Shown: in pieces, positions 47,824 through 61,658 of the stretch
How positions within the stretch are numbered: position 1 is the first letter of the stretch
How the letters are laid out: the number at the start of each line of letters is the position of its first letter
NCBI GenBank assembly: GCA_977017575.1
Contig: CDRNVI010000184.1
Coordinates: 1 to 64,000 of the forward strand
DNA from: Paramoeba atlantica
Lineage: Eukaryota > Protista > Discosea
Length of the DNA stretch: 64,000 nt
Direction of reading: 5' to 3'
The notes under the pieces: model-generated
The model's input: the letters and a program-made list of their open reading frames with translations, nothing else
Database searches by the model: none
What the model was told of the DNA's origin: nothing
Program-made: the position numbers and the translations under genes

Positions 47824-48150
47824 TTAATACAAAAGAAATGATGTTAAAAGAGAAAAAATAAAAAAAAATTTAAATTAATCTCATTAACTTTCTTATTTTT
47901 TTGTTTTTTTAAAGATGAGTATGATAGTTTAGTTGTTCTTTTCTTCAATTTTTCATTTTTGAAGTCTCAAGTTCAATTCTTTTAATTTTTCAATTTTTCA
48001 ATTTTCCAATTTTCCAATTTTCCAATTTTCCAATTTTCCAATTTTCTAATTTTCTAATTTTCCAATTTTCCAATTTTCCAATTTTCCAATTTTCCAATTT
48101 TTCAGTTTTTCAGTTTTTCAGTTTTTCAGTTTTTTAGTTTTTTAGTTTTT
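47824..48150 (+). repeat. Leader plus (TTTTCCAA)n tract preceding satellite array 2
   Basis: Homologous to 11938-12260; the octamer tract has ttttctaa and tttttcag variants. Confidence 0.9.
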
Positions 48151-51100
48151 TTTATAAATAAGTCAAATAAATTGTAAAATTGAGTAAAATATTCAATTTT
48201 ATTTGTAACTTGTTTGGAAATAAACTTTTAAACATCAAAAACTGAATAACAATTTTCTAAAAATGAAAATAATACAAATAGACATTGAAAAAAGTGGTTG
48301 GGAAATGATCAAAAACAAAGGGAAATATGTTTTTTTTTTTGTAAATAAGTCAAATAAATTGTAAAATTGTGTAAAAAGTACAATTTTATTTGTAACTTGT
48401 TTGGAAATGAACTTTTAAACATCAAAAACTAAATAACAATTGAGAAAAAATGAAAATAGAAAATAATACAAATAAACATTGAAAAAAGTGGTTGGAAAAT
48501 AATCAAAAACAAAGGGAAATATGTTTTTTTTTTTGTAAATAAATCAAATAAATTGTAAAATTGTGTAAAAAGTACAATTTTATTTGTAACTTGTCTGGAA
48601 ATGAACTTTTAAACATCAAAAACTAAATAACAATTTTCTAAAAAATGAAAATAATACAAATATTGAATTATACATTGAAAAAAGTGATTGGGAAATAATC
48701 AAAAACAAAGGGAAATATATTTTTTTTTTTGTAAATAAATCAAATAAATTGTAAAATTGAGTAAAATATTCAATTTTATTTGTAACTTGTTTGGAAATGA
48801 ACTTTTAAACATCAAAAACTGAATAACAATTTTCTAAAAATGAAAATAATACAAATAGACATTGAAAAAAGTGGTTGGGAAATGATCAAAAACAAAGGGA
48901 AATATGTTTTTTTTTTTGTAAATAAGTCAAATAAATTGTAAAATTGTGTAAAAAGTACAATTTTATTTGTAACTTGTTTGGAAATGAACTTTTAAACATC
49001 AAAAACTAAATAACAATTGAGAAAAAATGAAAATAGAAAATAATACAAATAAACATTGAAAAAAGTGGTTGGAAAATAATCAAAAACAAAGGGAAATATG
49101 TTTTTTTTTTTGTAAATAAATCAAATAAATTGTAAAATTGTGTAAAAAGTACAATTTTATTTGTAACTTGTCTGGAAATGAACTTTTAAACATCAAAAAC
49201 TAAATAACAATTTTCTAAAAAATGAAAATAATACAAATATTGAATTATACATTGAAAAAAGTGATTGGGAAATAATCAAAAACAAAGGGAAATATATTTT
49301 TTTTTTTGTAAATAAATCAAATAAATTGTAAAATTGAGTAAAATATTCAATTTTATTTGTAACTTGTTTGGAAATGAACTTTTAAACATCAAAAACTGAA
49401 TAACAATTTTCTAAAAATGAAAATAATACAAATAGACATTGAAAAAAGTGGTTGGGAAATGATCAAAAACAAAGGGAAATATGTTTTTTTTTTTGTAAAT
49501 AAGTCAAATAAATTGTAAAATTGTGTAAAAAGTACAATTTTATTTGTAACTTGTTTGGAAATGAACTTTTAAACATCAAAAACTAAATAACAATTGAGAA
49601 AAAATGAAAATAGAAAATAATACAAATAAACATTGAAAAAAGTGGTTGGAAAATAATCAAAAACAAAGGGAAATATGTTTTTTTTTTTGTAAATAAATCA
49701 AATAAATTGTAAAATTGTGTAAAAAGTACAATTTTATTTGTAACTTGTCTGGAAATGAACTTTTAAACATCAAAAACTAAATAACAATTTTCTAAAAAAT
49801 GAAAATAATACAAATATTGAATTATACATTGAAAAAAGTGATTGGGAAATAATCAAAAACAAAGGGAAATATATTTTTTTTTTTGTAAATAAATCAAATA
49901 AATTGTAAAATTGAGTAAAATATTCAATTTTATTTGTAACTTGTTTGGAAATGAACTTTTAAACATCAAAAACTGAATAACAATTTTCTAAAAATGAAAA
50001 TAATACAAATAGACATTGAAAAAAGTGGTTGGGAAATGATCAAAAACAAAGGGAAATATGTTTTTTTTTTTGTAAATAAGTCAAATAAATTGTAAAATTG
50101 TGTAAAAAGTACAATTTTATTTGTAACTTGTTTGGAAATGAACTTTTAAACATCAAAAACTAAATAACAATTGAGAAAAAATGAAAATAGAAAATAATAC
50201 AAATAAACATTGAAAAAAGTGGTTGGAAAATAATCAAAAACAAAGGGAAATATGTTTTTTTTTTTGTAAATAAATCAAATAAATTGTAAAATTGTGTAAA
50301 AAGTACAATTTTATTTGTAACTTGTCTGGAAATGAACTTTTAAACATCAAAAACTAAATAACAATTTTCTAAAAAATGAAAATAATACAAATATTGAATT
50401 ATACATTGAAAAAAGTGATTGGGAAATAATCAAAAACAAAGGGAAATATATTTTTTTTTTTGTAAATAAATCAAATAAATTGTAAAATTGAGTAAAATAT
50501 TCAATTTTATTTGTAACTTGTTTGGAAATGAACTTTTAAACATCAAAAACTGAATAACAATTTTCTAAAAATGAAAATAATACAAATAGACATTGAAAAA
50601 AGTGGTTGGGAAATGATCAAAAACAAAGGGAAATATGTTTTTTTTTTTGTAAATAAGTCAAATAAATTGTAAAATTGTGTAAAAAGTACAATTTTATTTG
50701 TAACTTGTTTGGAAATGAACTTTTAAACATCAAAAACTAAATAACAATTGAGAAAAAATGAAAATAGAAAATAATACAAATAAACATTGAAAAAAGTGGT
50801 TGGAAAATAATCAAAAACAAAGGGAAATATGTTTTTTTTTTTGTAAATAAATCAAATAAATTGTAAAATTGTGTAAAAAGTACAATTTTATTTGTAACTT
50901 GTCTGGAAATGAACTTTTAAACATCAAAAACTAAATAACAATTTTCTAAAAAATGAAAATAATACAAATATTGAATTATACATTGAAAAAAGTGATTGGG
51001 AAATAATCAAAAACAAAGGGAAATATATTTTTTTTTTTGTAAATAAATCAAATAAATTGTAAAATTGAGTAAAATATTCAATTTTATTTGTAACTTGTTT

Positions 51101-52447
51101 GGAAATGAACTTTTAAACATCAAAAACTGAATAACAATTTTCTAAAAATGAAAATAATACAAATAGACATTGAAAAAAGTGGTTGGGAAATGATCAAAAA
51201 CAAAGGGAAATATGTTTTTTTTTTTGTAAATAAGTCAAATAAATTGTAAAATTGTGTAAAAAGTACAATTTTATTTGTAACTTGTTTGGAAATGAACTTT
51301 TAAACATCAAAAACTAAATAACAATTGAGAAAAAATGAAAATAGAAAATAATACAAATAAACATTGAAAAAAGTGGTTGGAAAATAATCAAAAACAAAGG
51401 GAAATATGTTTTTTTTTTTGTAAATAAATCAAATAAATTGTAAAATTGTGTAAAAAGTACAATTTTATTTGTAACTTGTCTGGAAATGAACTTTTAAACA
51501 TCAAAAACTAAATAACAATTTTCTAAAAAATGAAAATAATACAAATATTGAATTATACATTGAAAAAAGTGATTGGGAAATAATCAAAAACAAAGGGAAA
51601 TATATTTTTTTTTTTGTAAATAAATCAAATAAATTGTAAAATTGAGTAAAATATTCAATTTTATTTGTAACTTGTTTGGAAATGAACTTTTAAACATCAA
51701 AAACTGAATAACAATTTTCTAAAAATGAAAATAATACAAATAGACATTGAAAAAAGTGGTTGGGAAATGATCAAAAACAAAGGGAAATATGTTTTTTTTT
51801 TTGTAAATAAGTCAAATAAATTGTAAAATTGTGTAAAAAGTACAATTTTATTTGTAACTTGTTTGGAAATGAACTTTTAAACATCAAAAACTAAATAACA
51901 ATTGAGAAAAAATGAAAATAGAAAATAATACAAATAAACATTGAAAAAAGTGGTTGGAAAATAATCAAAAACAAAGGGAAATATGTTTTTTTTTTTGTAA
52001 ATAAATCAAATAAATTGTAAAATTGTGTAAAAAGTACAATTTTATTTGTAACTTGTCTGGAAATGAACTTTTAAACATCAAAAACTAAATAACAATTTTC
52101 TAAAAAATGAAAATAATACAAATATTGAATTATACATTGAAAAAAGTGATTGGGAAATAATCAAAAACAAAGGGAAATATATTTTTTTTTTTGTAAATAA
52201 ATCAAATAAATTGTAAAATTGAGTAAAATATTCAATTTTATTTGTAACTTGTTTGGAAATGAACTTTTAAACATCAAAAACTGAATAACAATTTTCTAAA
52301 AATGAAAATAATACAAATAGACATTGAAAAAAGTGGTTGGGAAATGATCAAAAACAAAGGGAAATATGTTTTTTTTTTTGTAAATAAGTCAAATAAATTG
52401 TAAAATTGTGTAAAAAGTACAATTTTATTTATAATTTGTCTGGAAAT
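48150..52447 (+). repeat. Satellite array 2: ~7.4 copies of a 577-bp trimer of the same ~190-bp monomer family
   Basis: The marker tgagtaaaatattc recurs at 48181, 48758, 49335, 49912, 50489, 51066, 51643 and 52220 (period 577). Confidence 0.97.
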
Positions 52448-54045
52448 CTCTTTTCCCTCTATTAGAAAACTTATAAGAAATATCAAAAGATGTGGATTAA
52501 ATTGATTCAACAAGCAGGAGAGAGTATAAAATTCCCTAATTCCTTTGGAGAAAGCTAATTGTGTTTGATTCCCAAGGTTGAGAACATTTTTTGCTCTAAC
52601 CAGTTCAGACTTATAAGTGTAACAAACTCTGATTATTGAATTGTAATACAATATTAAGCTTTTTGGTTTTCTGAAATTGCAAGTGGAGTAATCTCTGATA
52701 CTTAACATGCAATGTTTAAGGGGAAATCAATTGATGCAACTGTGAAAACAATTTATGATGTCTTCTATGAAGCTTTGGCCAATGAATAAAATATTATTCT
52801 TCCAAACTGACTTCTACAAGGCTTATGATTATGTAAACTGTGATGCTCTAATTCACATCTTGAAGAGATTGAAGGCTCCTTTCCAAGCTATCTTTGTGAT
52901 TGAGAAAGTATTCCACCCCTCTAAAACTTGGTTACCCTCAATTGAAGGGAAACCTAGCTCCTCTCCAGCTAACTCTATTACCAGTAGAACTGAAGTTCAA
53001 CAAAGCTGCCCAATCTCCCCTCTTCTCTTCCTAATTATCTTTGATTTATTGCTGGTGAGCCTCAACAAGAACCACCCTCTTGAGAAGCTCTCTGGTTTCA
53101 TGGATGACCTTGGACTACTCCTGAAAAAAGTTAACACCATTAACCTCTTGACCCCCACTTTTCAGAAGTATGAAAAGGCAACTGGTGCTCTCTTGAATTA
53201 CTCAAAATGCTTTGTTTTGATAACTCAAATGTATAAACCTTCTGGCCCTTGGTCTGCAATGCCCAAAACCAACTTTAAAAGCAATGAGATAACTTATTTA
53301 GGTGTGTGAATAAACTGTAAGATGGAATTAAAGAAGGATTGATTTAAAGTATGTGAAAAGATGCAAGGAGTAAGTAAGGCCATTAAGAATCAAGGAGGGC
53401 CCTTTGCAGTAAAAGTAAGGATAATTAACACCTACTTAATTCCCTGTATGAGTTACTTGGCCTGCTTTAAACTTATCCCTCAATCTGTATCTGTGATAGT
53501 ATGGAAACTCATTCAAGCTGCCTTGGGAGCATATGCCAATCTAAAAACCACCATTTTAACTGCTTGCCATTCTCTTATGGGTAGTAAATGTCAGGTTCAC
53601 CATTTCATTCTCTTCAATTGGGCTCTTCTTATCTCTCATAAACCTTTAAGTTATGAATACAAGAATCTCTTGGCCATTGGAGCTATGAGACTTGATGCTT
53701 ACTCTGCTGCTTCAAAAATCTCTAAAGAAGTGACTTTGAGAGGCCTAACCAAAACAAACTATAATTCCCTTTCTCATCAAGTACCTATTGTGCTTAAAGA
53801 TATCTACCAAGAGGATGGAAAGATCAAATGTATTGTCTACAACTTAGCTTATACTTTTAAACCTCAGCTCCAATGAAATCTTACCAAATTCTTGATTCAT
53901 GGTCTCTCTATAATGGATAAGATCTTCCATTTTACTTTGAAACCTCCTACCTGTTGATTATGTAAGAAAGAAAAAGAATCTTGAACCCACCTCCTTGAAA
54001 CTTGTATTTGTGCTAAAAGCTACCTTGAGAAGATGGAATGAAGCT

Positions 54046-54369
54046 AATTGTGGCATAATGGCTTAGTTGGTAAAATAACTATTGCTTCAATTCAGGGTTA
54101 CAGGTTCAAATCCCAAAGAGGAAAATATTAAAAACATTATTTTCTCTTTTTGCTCACTTGAATGTGAAAAATGGAATAGATTATTCTCTGCCCTATTTGC
54201 TAAAAAGCAGAGAATAAATTCCTTGAAAAGGAGTTTAAGTGAATTAAAGGTCTTTGGACCATTTAAACCTAAAGAAGTGAAACTCTATCTTTGTTATTTT
54301 TAACCTTAAAAAATTAGTGGCTTTGGGTTAGGCTATTACCTAATAAAGTCCAGTGTTAAAAAGAAAAAA
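54046..54369 (+). mobile_element. tRNA-derived SINE A, copy 1
   Basis: A-box-like tggcttagttggtaa, B-box-like ggttcaaatccc, AATAAA plus A-rich tail. TSD-like pair agatggaatgaagct / agatgggacaaagct. Confidence 0.85.
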
Positions 54370-55159
54370 GATGGGACAAAGCTGCATAAAGTTGAAACTT
54401 CCATCTTGAGAATCCTCTTTCTTTGTGTGTGAACTTACTGTTCAATACTGCTCAAACCTCTTCACCTCAATAGTGAGTGCTGTCTTACTTACACTGTGAA
54501 TAACTGTGTGTGCTGAAGGATCTCAATTTGCTGAGTATGCTATTGATATCTTTTACAAAATCTTAAAAAAGAACAAATTCCTTCCCAAACCTCTTTGTAA
54601 AAACCCAACCTCTGCAAAGAAAAAGAGAGAGATTGAAAAGTTCAAGTTTAAAGACTTACAAGTTTTCTATGATGGTTCAAGTTGTACTGATCCTCACCTT
54701 GGTGGTGCTAACTATGCTATTTTCAGAGATGGAAAGGAAATTCTGATTGATGTTGAAACTATTTTCTTCAGTACAAATAATGTTAATGAATTCAAAAGCT
54801 ATCTCTTGAGATTAAAGAGTGCAAGAGGTTTGGGTTCTTACATCTAAATTGTTGGTAATTATATGATATTAATTAAGGCAGCTCCTAAGAATTACAATAT
54901 TAGTAATCATGAACTTAACCTCCTGTTGATTGAGATTAGAGCAACTGCTGTTAGATTTGAAGATATTAAATTTATTCATATTTTTTATAAACTCAACAAA
55001 CATGCTGATGCTATTGCTACTACTGTTAGTTGGTCAGTTATGGATGAAATAGCTGCTGTTAATGATCTCAAATGAAATCTTTGTATTAGACAAGTTGGAA
55101 AAACTGAAGAAAAATGGATTGTTGATAACTCTTTTTTATAGACTAAACTGAACAACCCC

Positions 55160-55483
55160 AATTGTGGCATGATGGCTTAGTTGGTAAAACAGCTATTGCT
55201 TCAATTTGGGGTTGTAGGTTCAAATTTCAAAGAAGAAAATATTAAAAATATTATTTTCTCTTCTTGCTCACTTGAATGTGAAAAACAGAACAGGTTATTC
55301 TTTACTCTATCTACTAAAAAGCAGAAAATAAAGTTCCTGAGAAGGAGTTTAAGTGAATTAAAGGTCTTTGGACCATTTAAACCTAAAGAAGTGAAACTCT
55401 ATCCTCATTATCTTTAACCTTAAAAAATTAATAGCTTTGAGTTAAACCATTACCTAATAAAGTCCAGTGTTAAAAAGAAAAAA
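55160..55483 (+). mobile_element. tRNA-derived SINE A, copy 2
   Basis: Same body; TSD-like pair taaactgaacaacccc / taaattgaacaactccc. Confidence 0.85.
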
Positions 55484-55929
55484 TAAATTGAACAACTCCC
55501 TTAAGTATGATTAAAGTTATTCTATCCCTTTTTCCACACTCTTGAGGAAATTTCAAGGTTTAGTGATTACAATTCAAGTGGTATACTTCTCCAAACCTCT
55601 CTCTTTTGATGGAACCTTGATAACACCTGTAGCCCTTTCTAAAAACCTCTATAATATATATTCTACTTCAATCCTAAGTGACAAGTTATGTGAAAGTATG
55701 TTGGATAATGAAAAGAACAGAAAGAAAAGAAAAAAAAAAAAAAAAAGATATGTAATCTTTAAAGAAGGTAAACTTCCTCCAAGTGATGATGAAGATTAAC
55801 TAACTATTCTAAGAATTAATTAATTTAAATATTATTAACCATGTCTATGTTACCAATTGGTAAAACCTAAACTATCTTTTCTATCTATATGATGGTTTTT
55901 TACCTTAATAAATTAATAGCATTTTCTGA

Positions 55930-58095
55930 TGTTTAGTGGAAAAAAAAAAAGAATAGAAGGCAGGAACTAGCTGCTATTCTTTTACAGATCTTGAGTTTTT
56001 CTTTATTTTGAAGCTTGTTTATATTCCAGGAGAGAACTTTCAAGTTAGGGAAACAAGAAAAACATTGAATTTGGAGTAAATTAAGAGGGTTAGATTTCAG
56101 AGAGAGGATTTGAAAATCACAAAGTCTCTCTTGGGGGAAAGGGAAGTTGAGGGAGGTGGGGGGAATAGGAAGTTGAGAAATTAGTTGGGACTTATTGACA
56201 ACCATTAAAGGAGAGGGTTGAAGTTGAGCATCAAATCTCAGGGGGGGAGATTAAAGGAATCCATACTTTTTGATATTTTGATTATTCTTTTTTTCTTTTT
56301 TTTTCTTTTTGTTCACCATCTTTCACTCTATCTTCTGGTATTTCTTTTTTTTTTTTTTAATTAACTTCTAACTTAGAACTTTCTTTCAACTTTTTTCCTT
56401 TTTTTTCTGGTTTTTTCTTTTTTTTTTTTCCTTTTTTTCTTTAAACTTTTCCTCTTTTCCTTTTAAACAATAGAAAAGCTTTCCTGAGGGTTATTTGGGG
56501 ATGATTTTAAGCTTCTATCAAGACTGGCATCCTAAGAACAAGAGGGAAAGGGAGAATCAGCAATTTTTTGGCCATTGCTAGAATGAAAACCAAATGAAAA
56601 AGTTGAAAATTTATGTTCATCTAAATTACTAAAAAAGGTAATGTTTTTCTGATTTTGTAGGCCAGTAACAATGTTCTTTTTTTGGGTTATTTTTTTAGCT
56701 TGTGATCCAGGAACTCCATCAAGGACATCTTTGGAGAGAGGAACACTCTGGACACCAGTGAAGGAAGCAGGAGAAGGGACACCAGTGGAGGAAGAAGGGG
56801 AAGTGACATCAGTGGAAGGAGAAGGGGAGGGGACATCAGTGGAGGGAGAAGAGAAAAAAACACCTCTAGAATTTCTCATCCTATTATTTTTTTCCTTCCC
56901 TGCAAGAATGGTTTTGGAAATTATATTCAATTTTTTAGCTTCTAACATTTTATTTGTATTGCCTTTCAATTTCTTTTTGCTTTGCCTCACTTTTTCTCTA
57001 TCTTTATTGATTATTTCTTCTGTTTCTTCTGCTGATAATTGTCTTGGTCTTTTCTTGAATTTAGCTATGTTTGAAGTAATAAATTGAACTGTTTCAATTA
57101 AAACTTATTGAAGCTTTTTGTTCAGTAATTCATATTTGCTATTTTCAAGGTTTGTAACTATTTTTTTTAGTTTTTTCATTCCCTGCTTCCACCTGAATTG
57201 GGTTGGAAGATCCCCCAGCCATGCTCAAGCTTTCTCACTCATACCAAAACTTATTTCCTCAATCTCTCCTCCTTTCAAAGGGATTTTCATTGTGACTGAC
57301 CCATCACTCTTCTCTTCTTCCTTGTTTTCTTCCTTACTATCAGTCTTTCTTCTTTTGATTATAATTATATCTCCATCACCATCCTCTTCCCTTCTTTCCT
57401 GTTCATTCACTTCCCTCTTTTTTTATTCATTCTTACCTTGTGTTTTAGAGCCTTTGCTCATTTCTTTCTTTTCACTCTCCATTTCAGCAATTTTATCTTT
57501 TTCCTTAAGGCACTGTTCTTTAGTTGATGTTTCTTTTTCATCAATAAATTTCATTTCTTCATACTTCTTTGCATTTGTGATCATGATTTGGTCTTTTTCA
57601 AGACTAAAGTTTTGTTGTTCTTCTTCAAAAAGCTTGCTGATGGCATCTTCTCCTTGTTTCTGAATAATCTCTACAGTGCAAGTAAGGCTTGCAAGATGGT
57701 TCACCCCACAGAAGGGGCACTCAATAAGGAGGTGGTATGGTTTGATTGGTGTTCAAATGGAACACTTGGCTTTAATCAAAATATTGATTTGGATGAATTC
57801 TTTGGTCTTGGCAATAAGGCAAACTAGAGAGAGGGGAATGGATTTGTAGAAGATGATGATGCAGTCCTCAGAGACTTGTACCACTTCTTTGAGATTGAGA
57901 GAGGGAAGGTGGTTCTCTATTGAATAAATTGTAAATCCACTCATTCTCTGAAACTTGAAAAGAGAGTTTGATCTTGATCCCTCACAAATGGACATCATGA
58001 TTAACTCTCCAAATACAAGAACTCTTGAGTTGGTTGGTGATCAGGTTTCCTTTCTTTTTAATAATAGATTGAATCATGAGGATATCCTCCTTCTT
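55930..58095 (-). mobile_element. LINE ORF1 3' part and start of ORF2 (APE endonuclease), inverted paralog of ~60110-64000
   Basis: LKVLSWNINKL is the typical APE N-terminal motif. The nucleotide sequence mirrors 60110-64000 without the SINE insertions. Confidence 0.8.
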
Positions 58096-58099
58096 CTAA

Positions 58100-58875
58100 A
58101 AAAAAAACCCTTAGAAATCATCTGAGGGTTCTTTTTTGCTGATATCTTCTCTTTTTCAAGTTTGCTGTGGTAGAAGACCACCCCACAGGGAGCTGAGCAT
58201 ATCTGCTGATAGTCCTCAACTTACTCTATCCAATTATATCTTCCAAAAGCTTTAACTTGTTTTTCAACAGAGTTGCTGAAGGAAATGCTAATTCAATACT
58301 ACTATTTTTGAAAAAAGCAGTCTCAGATATGAACCAAATGATTGCTAAGCTTTGGGAGATGATTGATATTAAGAATGCCTCCCTTTCCACTCACCTTGCT
58401 ACCAAACTCAACTTGTCTCTCATTAAAGGAGCCAGAGTATGCCCCCTCTCCCCAGTAGAAGCTTTTGCCTTCCTCAATGAGATTCCTACCTTCCCCAACT
58501 TCCTGAGAGCTATTGAAAGTCAAACCAACCTCAAGAGAAGTATTAGAGTGGAGACAAGAACCAAACACTATGCCATCCTTGCTCACAAGGAGGAAGATAG
58601 TTTTATGATCCAATCTATTATTGAAGAGAAAGGAAACTAAAAAAAAAAAAAAACCCTTAGAAGTTATCTGAGGGTTCTTTTTTGCTATTATCTTCCCTTT
58701 CTCAAGTTTGCTGTGGTAGAAAACCACCCCACAGGAAGTTGAGCATATCTGCTGATAGCTCTCAACTTACTCCATCCAATTATGTCCTCCAAAAGCTCTA
58801 ACTTGTCCTTCAGCAGAGTTGCTGGAGGAAACACTAATTCAACACCATTATTCCTGAAAAAAACAGTTCCAGGTA
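58100..58875 (+). mobile_element. Two partial copies of the LINE ORF1 5' segment
   Basis: aaaaacccttag...gagggttcttttttgct...tgctgtggtagaa.accaccccacag repeats at ~58105, ~58650 and ~59625. Confidence 0.75.
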
Positions 58876-58899
58876 TGTGTGAGGATAGATGTGAGGAGG

Positions 58900-59560
58900 G
58901 GAGCAGAATCAACAGAGAAAACAAGAGAAAAGAAAGAGAAACAGAAACTTTGAATTAAAACCTTTATAAGAAGGATCCCCAGCCAACACTAATAGAACAA
59001 GAAAACAACAACAAAGAAACAGAAAAGCAAAAAGAAGAACAACAAAAGGAATTACAACTGAGAAAAGCACAGAATTGCTGAAACTCAACTTAAATCAGAA
59101 TCCCAAGTCAACACAGCAACCAAAGAAGGAAGAAAGCAACAAAATATGATAACAACAAAAGAAGAAAACAGAAAGCAAGCAAAGCAAGCCAAAAAATCAC
59201 AAAGGAAAGCAGAAAGAAAGAGAGAAAGTGACAAGAAAGCAGAAAGAAGGCAGAAAGCAGCAAAGCAGCAAGAAAAAGGGGGCAAAACACAAACATGAAA
59301 ATTGAATAAAAAGAGCACAAAAAATCTTATGATTTTAGCTAAAATTATAATAAAATGGCACATGGCTGTCTGTGAGGCTCAGAGCTCTCTGAAAGGACTA
59401 AAACTCATGATAAAAGGCATTAAGGAAGCTCAGGGAAGGCTCAAGGAGGCTCAAGGAAGCCTGGGGAAGCTCAGGGAAGGTTCTAAAGACACTGAAAAGG
59501 CACTGAAAGGCACAACTTCTGTGTTGGAAGCAGGTCTCACTCCAACATATGAACCAAACA
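58900..59560. repeat. Dispersed repeat homologous to 28900-29290
   Basis: Shared aaaacctttata.gaa, aaacatgaaa...aataaaaagagcac, ggctgtctgtga.gctc, repeated aagctcaggg motifs and tgtgttgga.gcaggt.tcactccaaca. Confidence 0.75.
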
Positions 59561-61238
59561 ATTGCTAAGCTTTGGGAGATGATTGATATAAAGACTTTGA
59601 AAATCATACAGTAAACTTAAAAAAAAAACCCTTAGGAATCATTTGAGGGTTCTTTTTTGCTGTTATCTTCCCTTTTTCAAATTTGCTGTGGTAGAAGACC
59701 ACCCCACAGGGAGCTGAGCATATCTGCTGATAGCTTTCAACTTACTCTATCCAATTATGTCCTCCAAAAGCTCTAACCTGTCTTTCAACAGAGTTGCTGG
59801 AGGAAACGCTAATTCAGCACCATTATTCCTGAAAAAAGCAGTCCCAGGTATGAACCAAACAATTGCCAAGCTTTGGGAAATGATTGATATTAAGAATGCC
59901 TCCCTGTCCACTTGCCTTGCTACCAAACTTAACCTGACTCTCATCAAAGGAGCCAGAGTATGCCCCCTCTTCCCAGTAGGAGCTTTTGCCTTCCCCAATG
60001 AGATCTCTATCTTCCCCAACTTCCTGAGAGCTATTGAAAGCCAAACCAACCTCAAGGGAAGTATTAGAGTGGAGGCAAGGGCCAAACACTATGCTATCCT
60101 TGCCCACAAAGAGGAGGATGTCTTCATGATTCAATCTATTATTGAAGAGAAAGAAAACCTGATCATCAACCAACTTGAGAGTTCTTGTATTTGGAGAATC
60201 AATTATAATGCCCATTTGTGGGGGATCAAGATCAAACTCCCTTACCAAGTCTCAGAGAATGAGTGGATTTACAATTTATTTAATAGAGAGGACCACCTTC
60301 CCTCTCTCAATTTTAAAGAAATGATACAAGTCTCTGATGACTGCATCATCATCTTCTATAAGTCCATCCTCCTCTCTCTAGTCCACCTTATTGCCAAGAC
60401 CAAAGGATTCATCCAAATCAACACCTTGATTAAAGCCAAGTGTTCCATTTGAATGCTTACCAAACCATACCACCTCCTTGTTGAGTGCTCCTTATGTGGA
60501 GTAAACCATCTTGTGAGCCTTACTTGCACTACAAAAATCATCTGGAAACAAGGTGAAGATGCTATTAGCAAGCTTTTTGAAGATGAGCAACAAAGCTTTA
60601 GTTTCAAGAAAGACCAAATCATGATCACAAATGCAAAGAAGTATGAAGGAATGAAATTTATTTATAAAAAAGAAAAGCCAACTGAAGAATGGGTCCCTAA
60701 GAAAAAAGTTGAAATTGCTGGAATAGAGAGCAAGGAGGAAGGAATGAGCAATAGCTCTGAAATGGAAGGTAAGAATGAACAAGAAAAGAGGGAAGTGAAT
60801 AAACAGGAAAGAAGGGAAGAAGATGGTGACAAAGATATAATTATGATCAAAGGGAAAGAAGTTGATAGTGAGGAAGAAAACAAGGAGGAGGGGAAGAGGG
60901 ATGGATCAATCACAGTGAAAGTCCCCTTGGAAGGAGGAAAGATCAAAGAAATGAGTTTCAGTATGGGTGAGGAAGCTTGGGCATGGCTGGGGGATCTTCC
61001 AACCAAATTTAGGTAGAAGCAGAAAATGAAAGAACTCAAAAAAACAGTTACAAACCTCAAAAACAGGAAATATAAATTACTGAATGAAAAACTTCAACAA
61101 GTTTTGATTGAAATGGTTAAATTTATTGCTTCAAACACAGCTAGATTCAGGAAAAGACCAAGACAATTATTAGCTGAAGAAACAGGGAAAATAATCAATA
61201 AAGATAGAGAAAAAGTGAGGCAAAGCAAAAAGAAATTG

Positions 61239-61560
61239 AATTGTGGTATAATGGCTTAGTTGGTAAAACAGCTATTGCTTCAATTCAAGGTTGCAGGTTT
61301 AAATTCCAAAGAGGAAAATATTAAAAACATTATTTTCTCTTCCTGCTCACTTGAATGTGAAAAATAGAACAGGTTATTCTCTGCCCTGTTTGCTAAAAAG
61401 CAGAGAATAAATTCCCTGAGAAGGAGTTTAAGTGAATTAAAGGTCTTTGGACCATTTGAACCTAAAAAGGTAAAACTCTATCCTCATTATTTTTAACCTT
61501 AAAAAATTAGTAGCTTTGGGTTAAACCATCATCTAATAAAGTCCAGTGTTAAAAAGAAAA
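61239..61560 (+). mobile_element. tRNA-derived SINE A, copy 3
   Basis: TSD aaaaagaaattgaa. The empty site gcaaaaagaaattgaaaggcaa is present in the inverted paralog near 56960-56990. Confidence 0.88.
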
Positions 61561-61658
61561 AGAAATTGAAAGGCAACACAAATAAAATGTTGAAAGTTAA
61601 AAAATCGAACACAATTTCTAAAACCATTCTTGTGAAAAAAGAAAAAAGTGACAGAGTG

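Larger units (their letters stand above)
52448..55800 (+). mobile_element. Decayed L1-like LINE ORF2: RT, CCHC zinc finger, archaeal-type RNase H; interrupted by two SINEs
   Basis: CLIPKVE...FRLISVTN; FQTDFYKAYD; EVQQSCPISPLLF; GFMDDL; YLGV; TC*LCKKEKES*THLLETC; VFYDGS...STNNVNEF...FIHIFYKLNKHADAIA. Confidence 0.9.

Noticed and set aside
52274-52708. 144-aa minus-strand ORF across the satellite/LINE junction
   Set aside because: It is antisense to the RT and runs into satellite sequence, with no protein motif.
54048-54120. Functional tRNA genes at the SINE heads
   Set aside because: Stems are broken by C>T/G>A changes and each head is fused to the same ~250-bp body with an A tail and TSDs.
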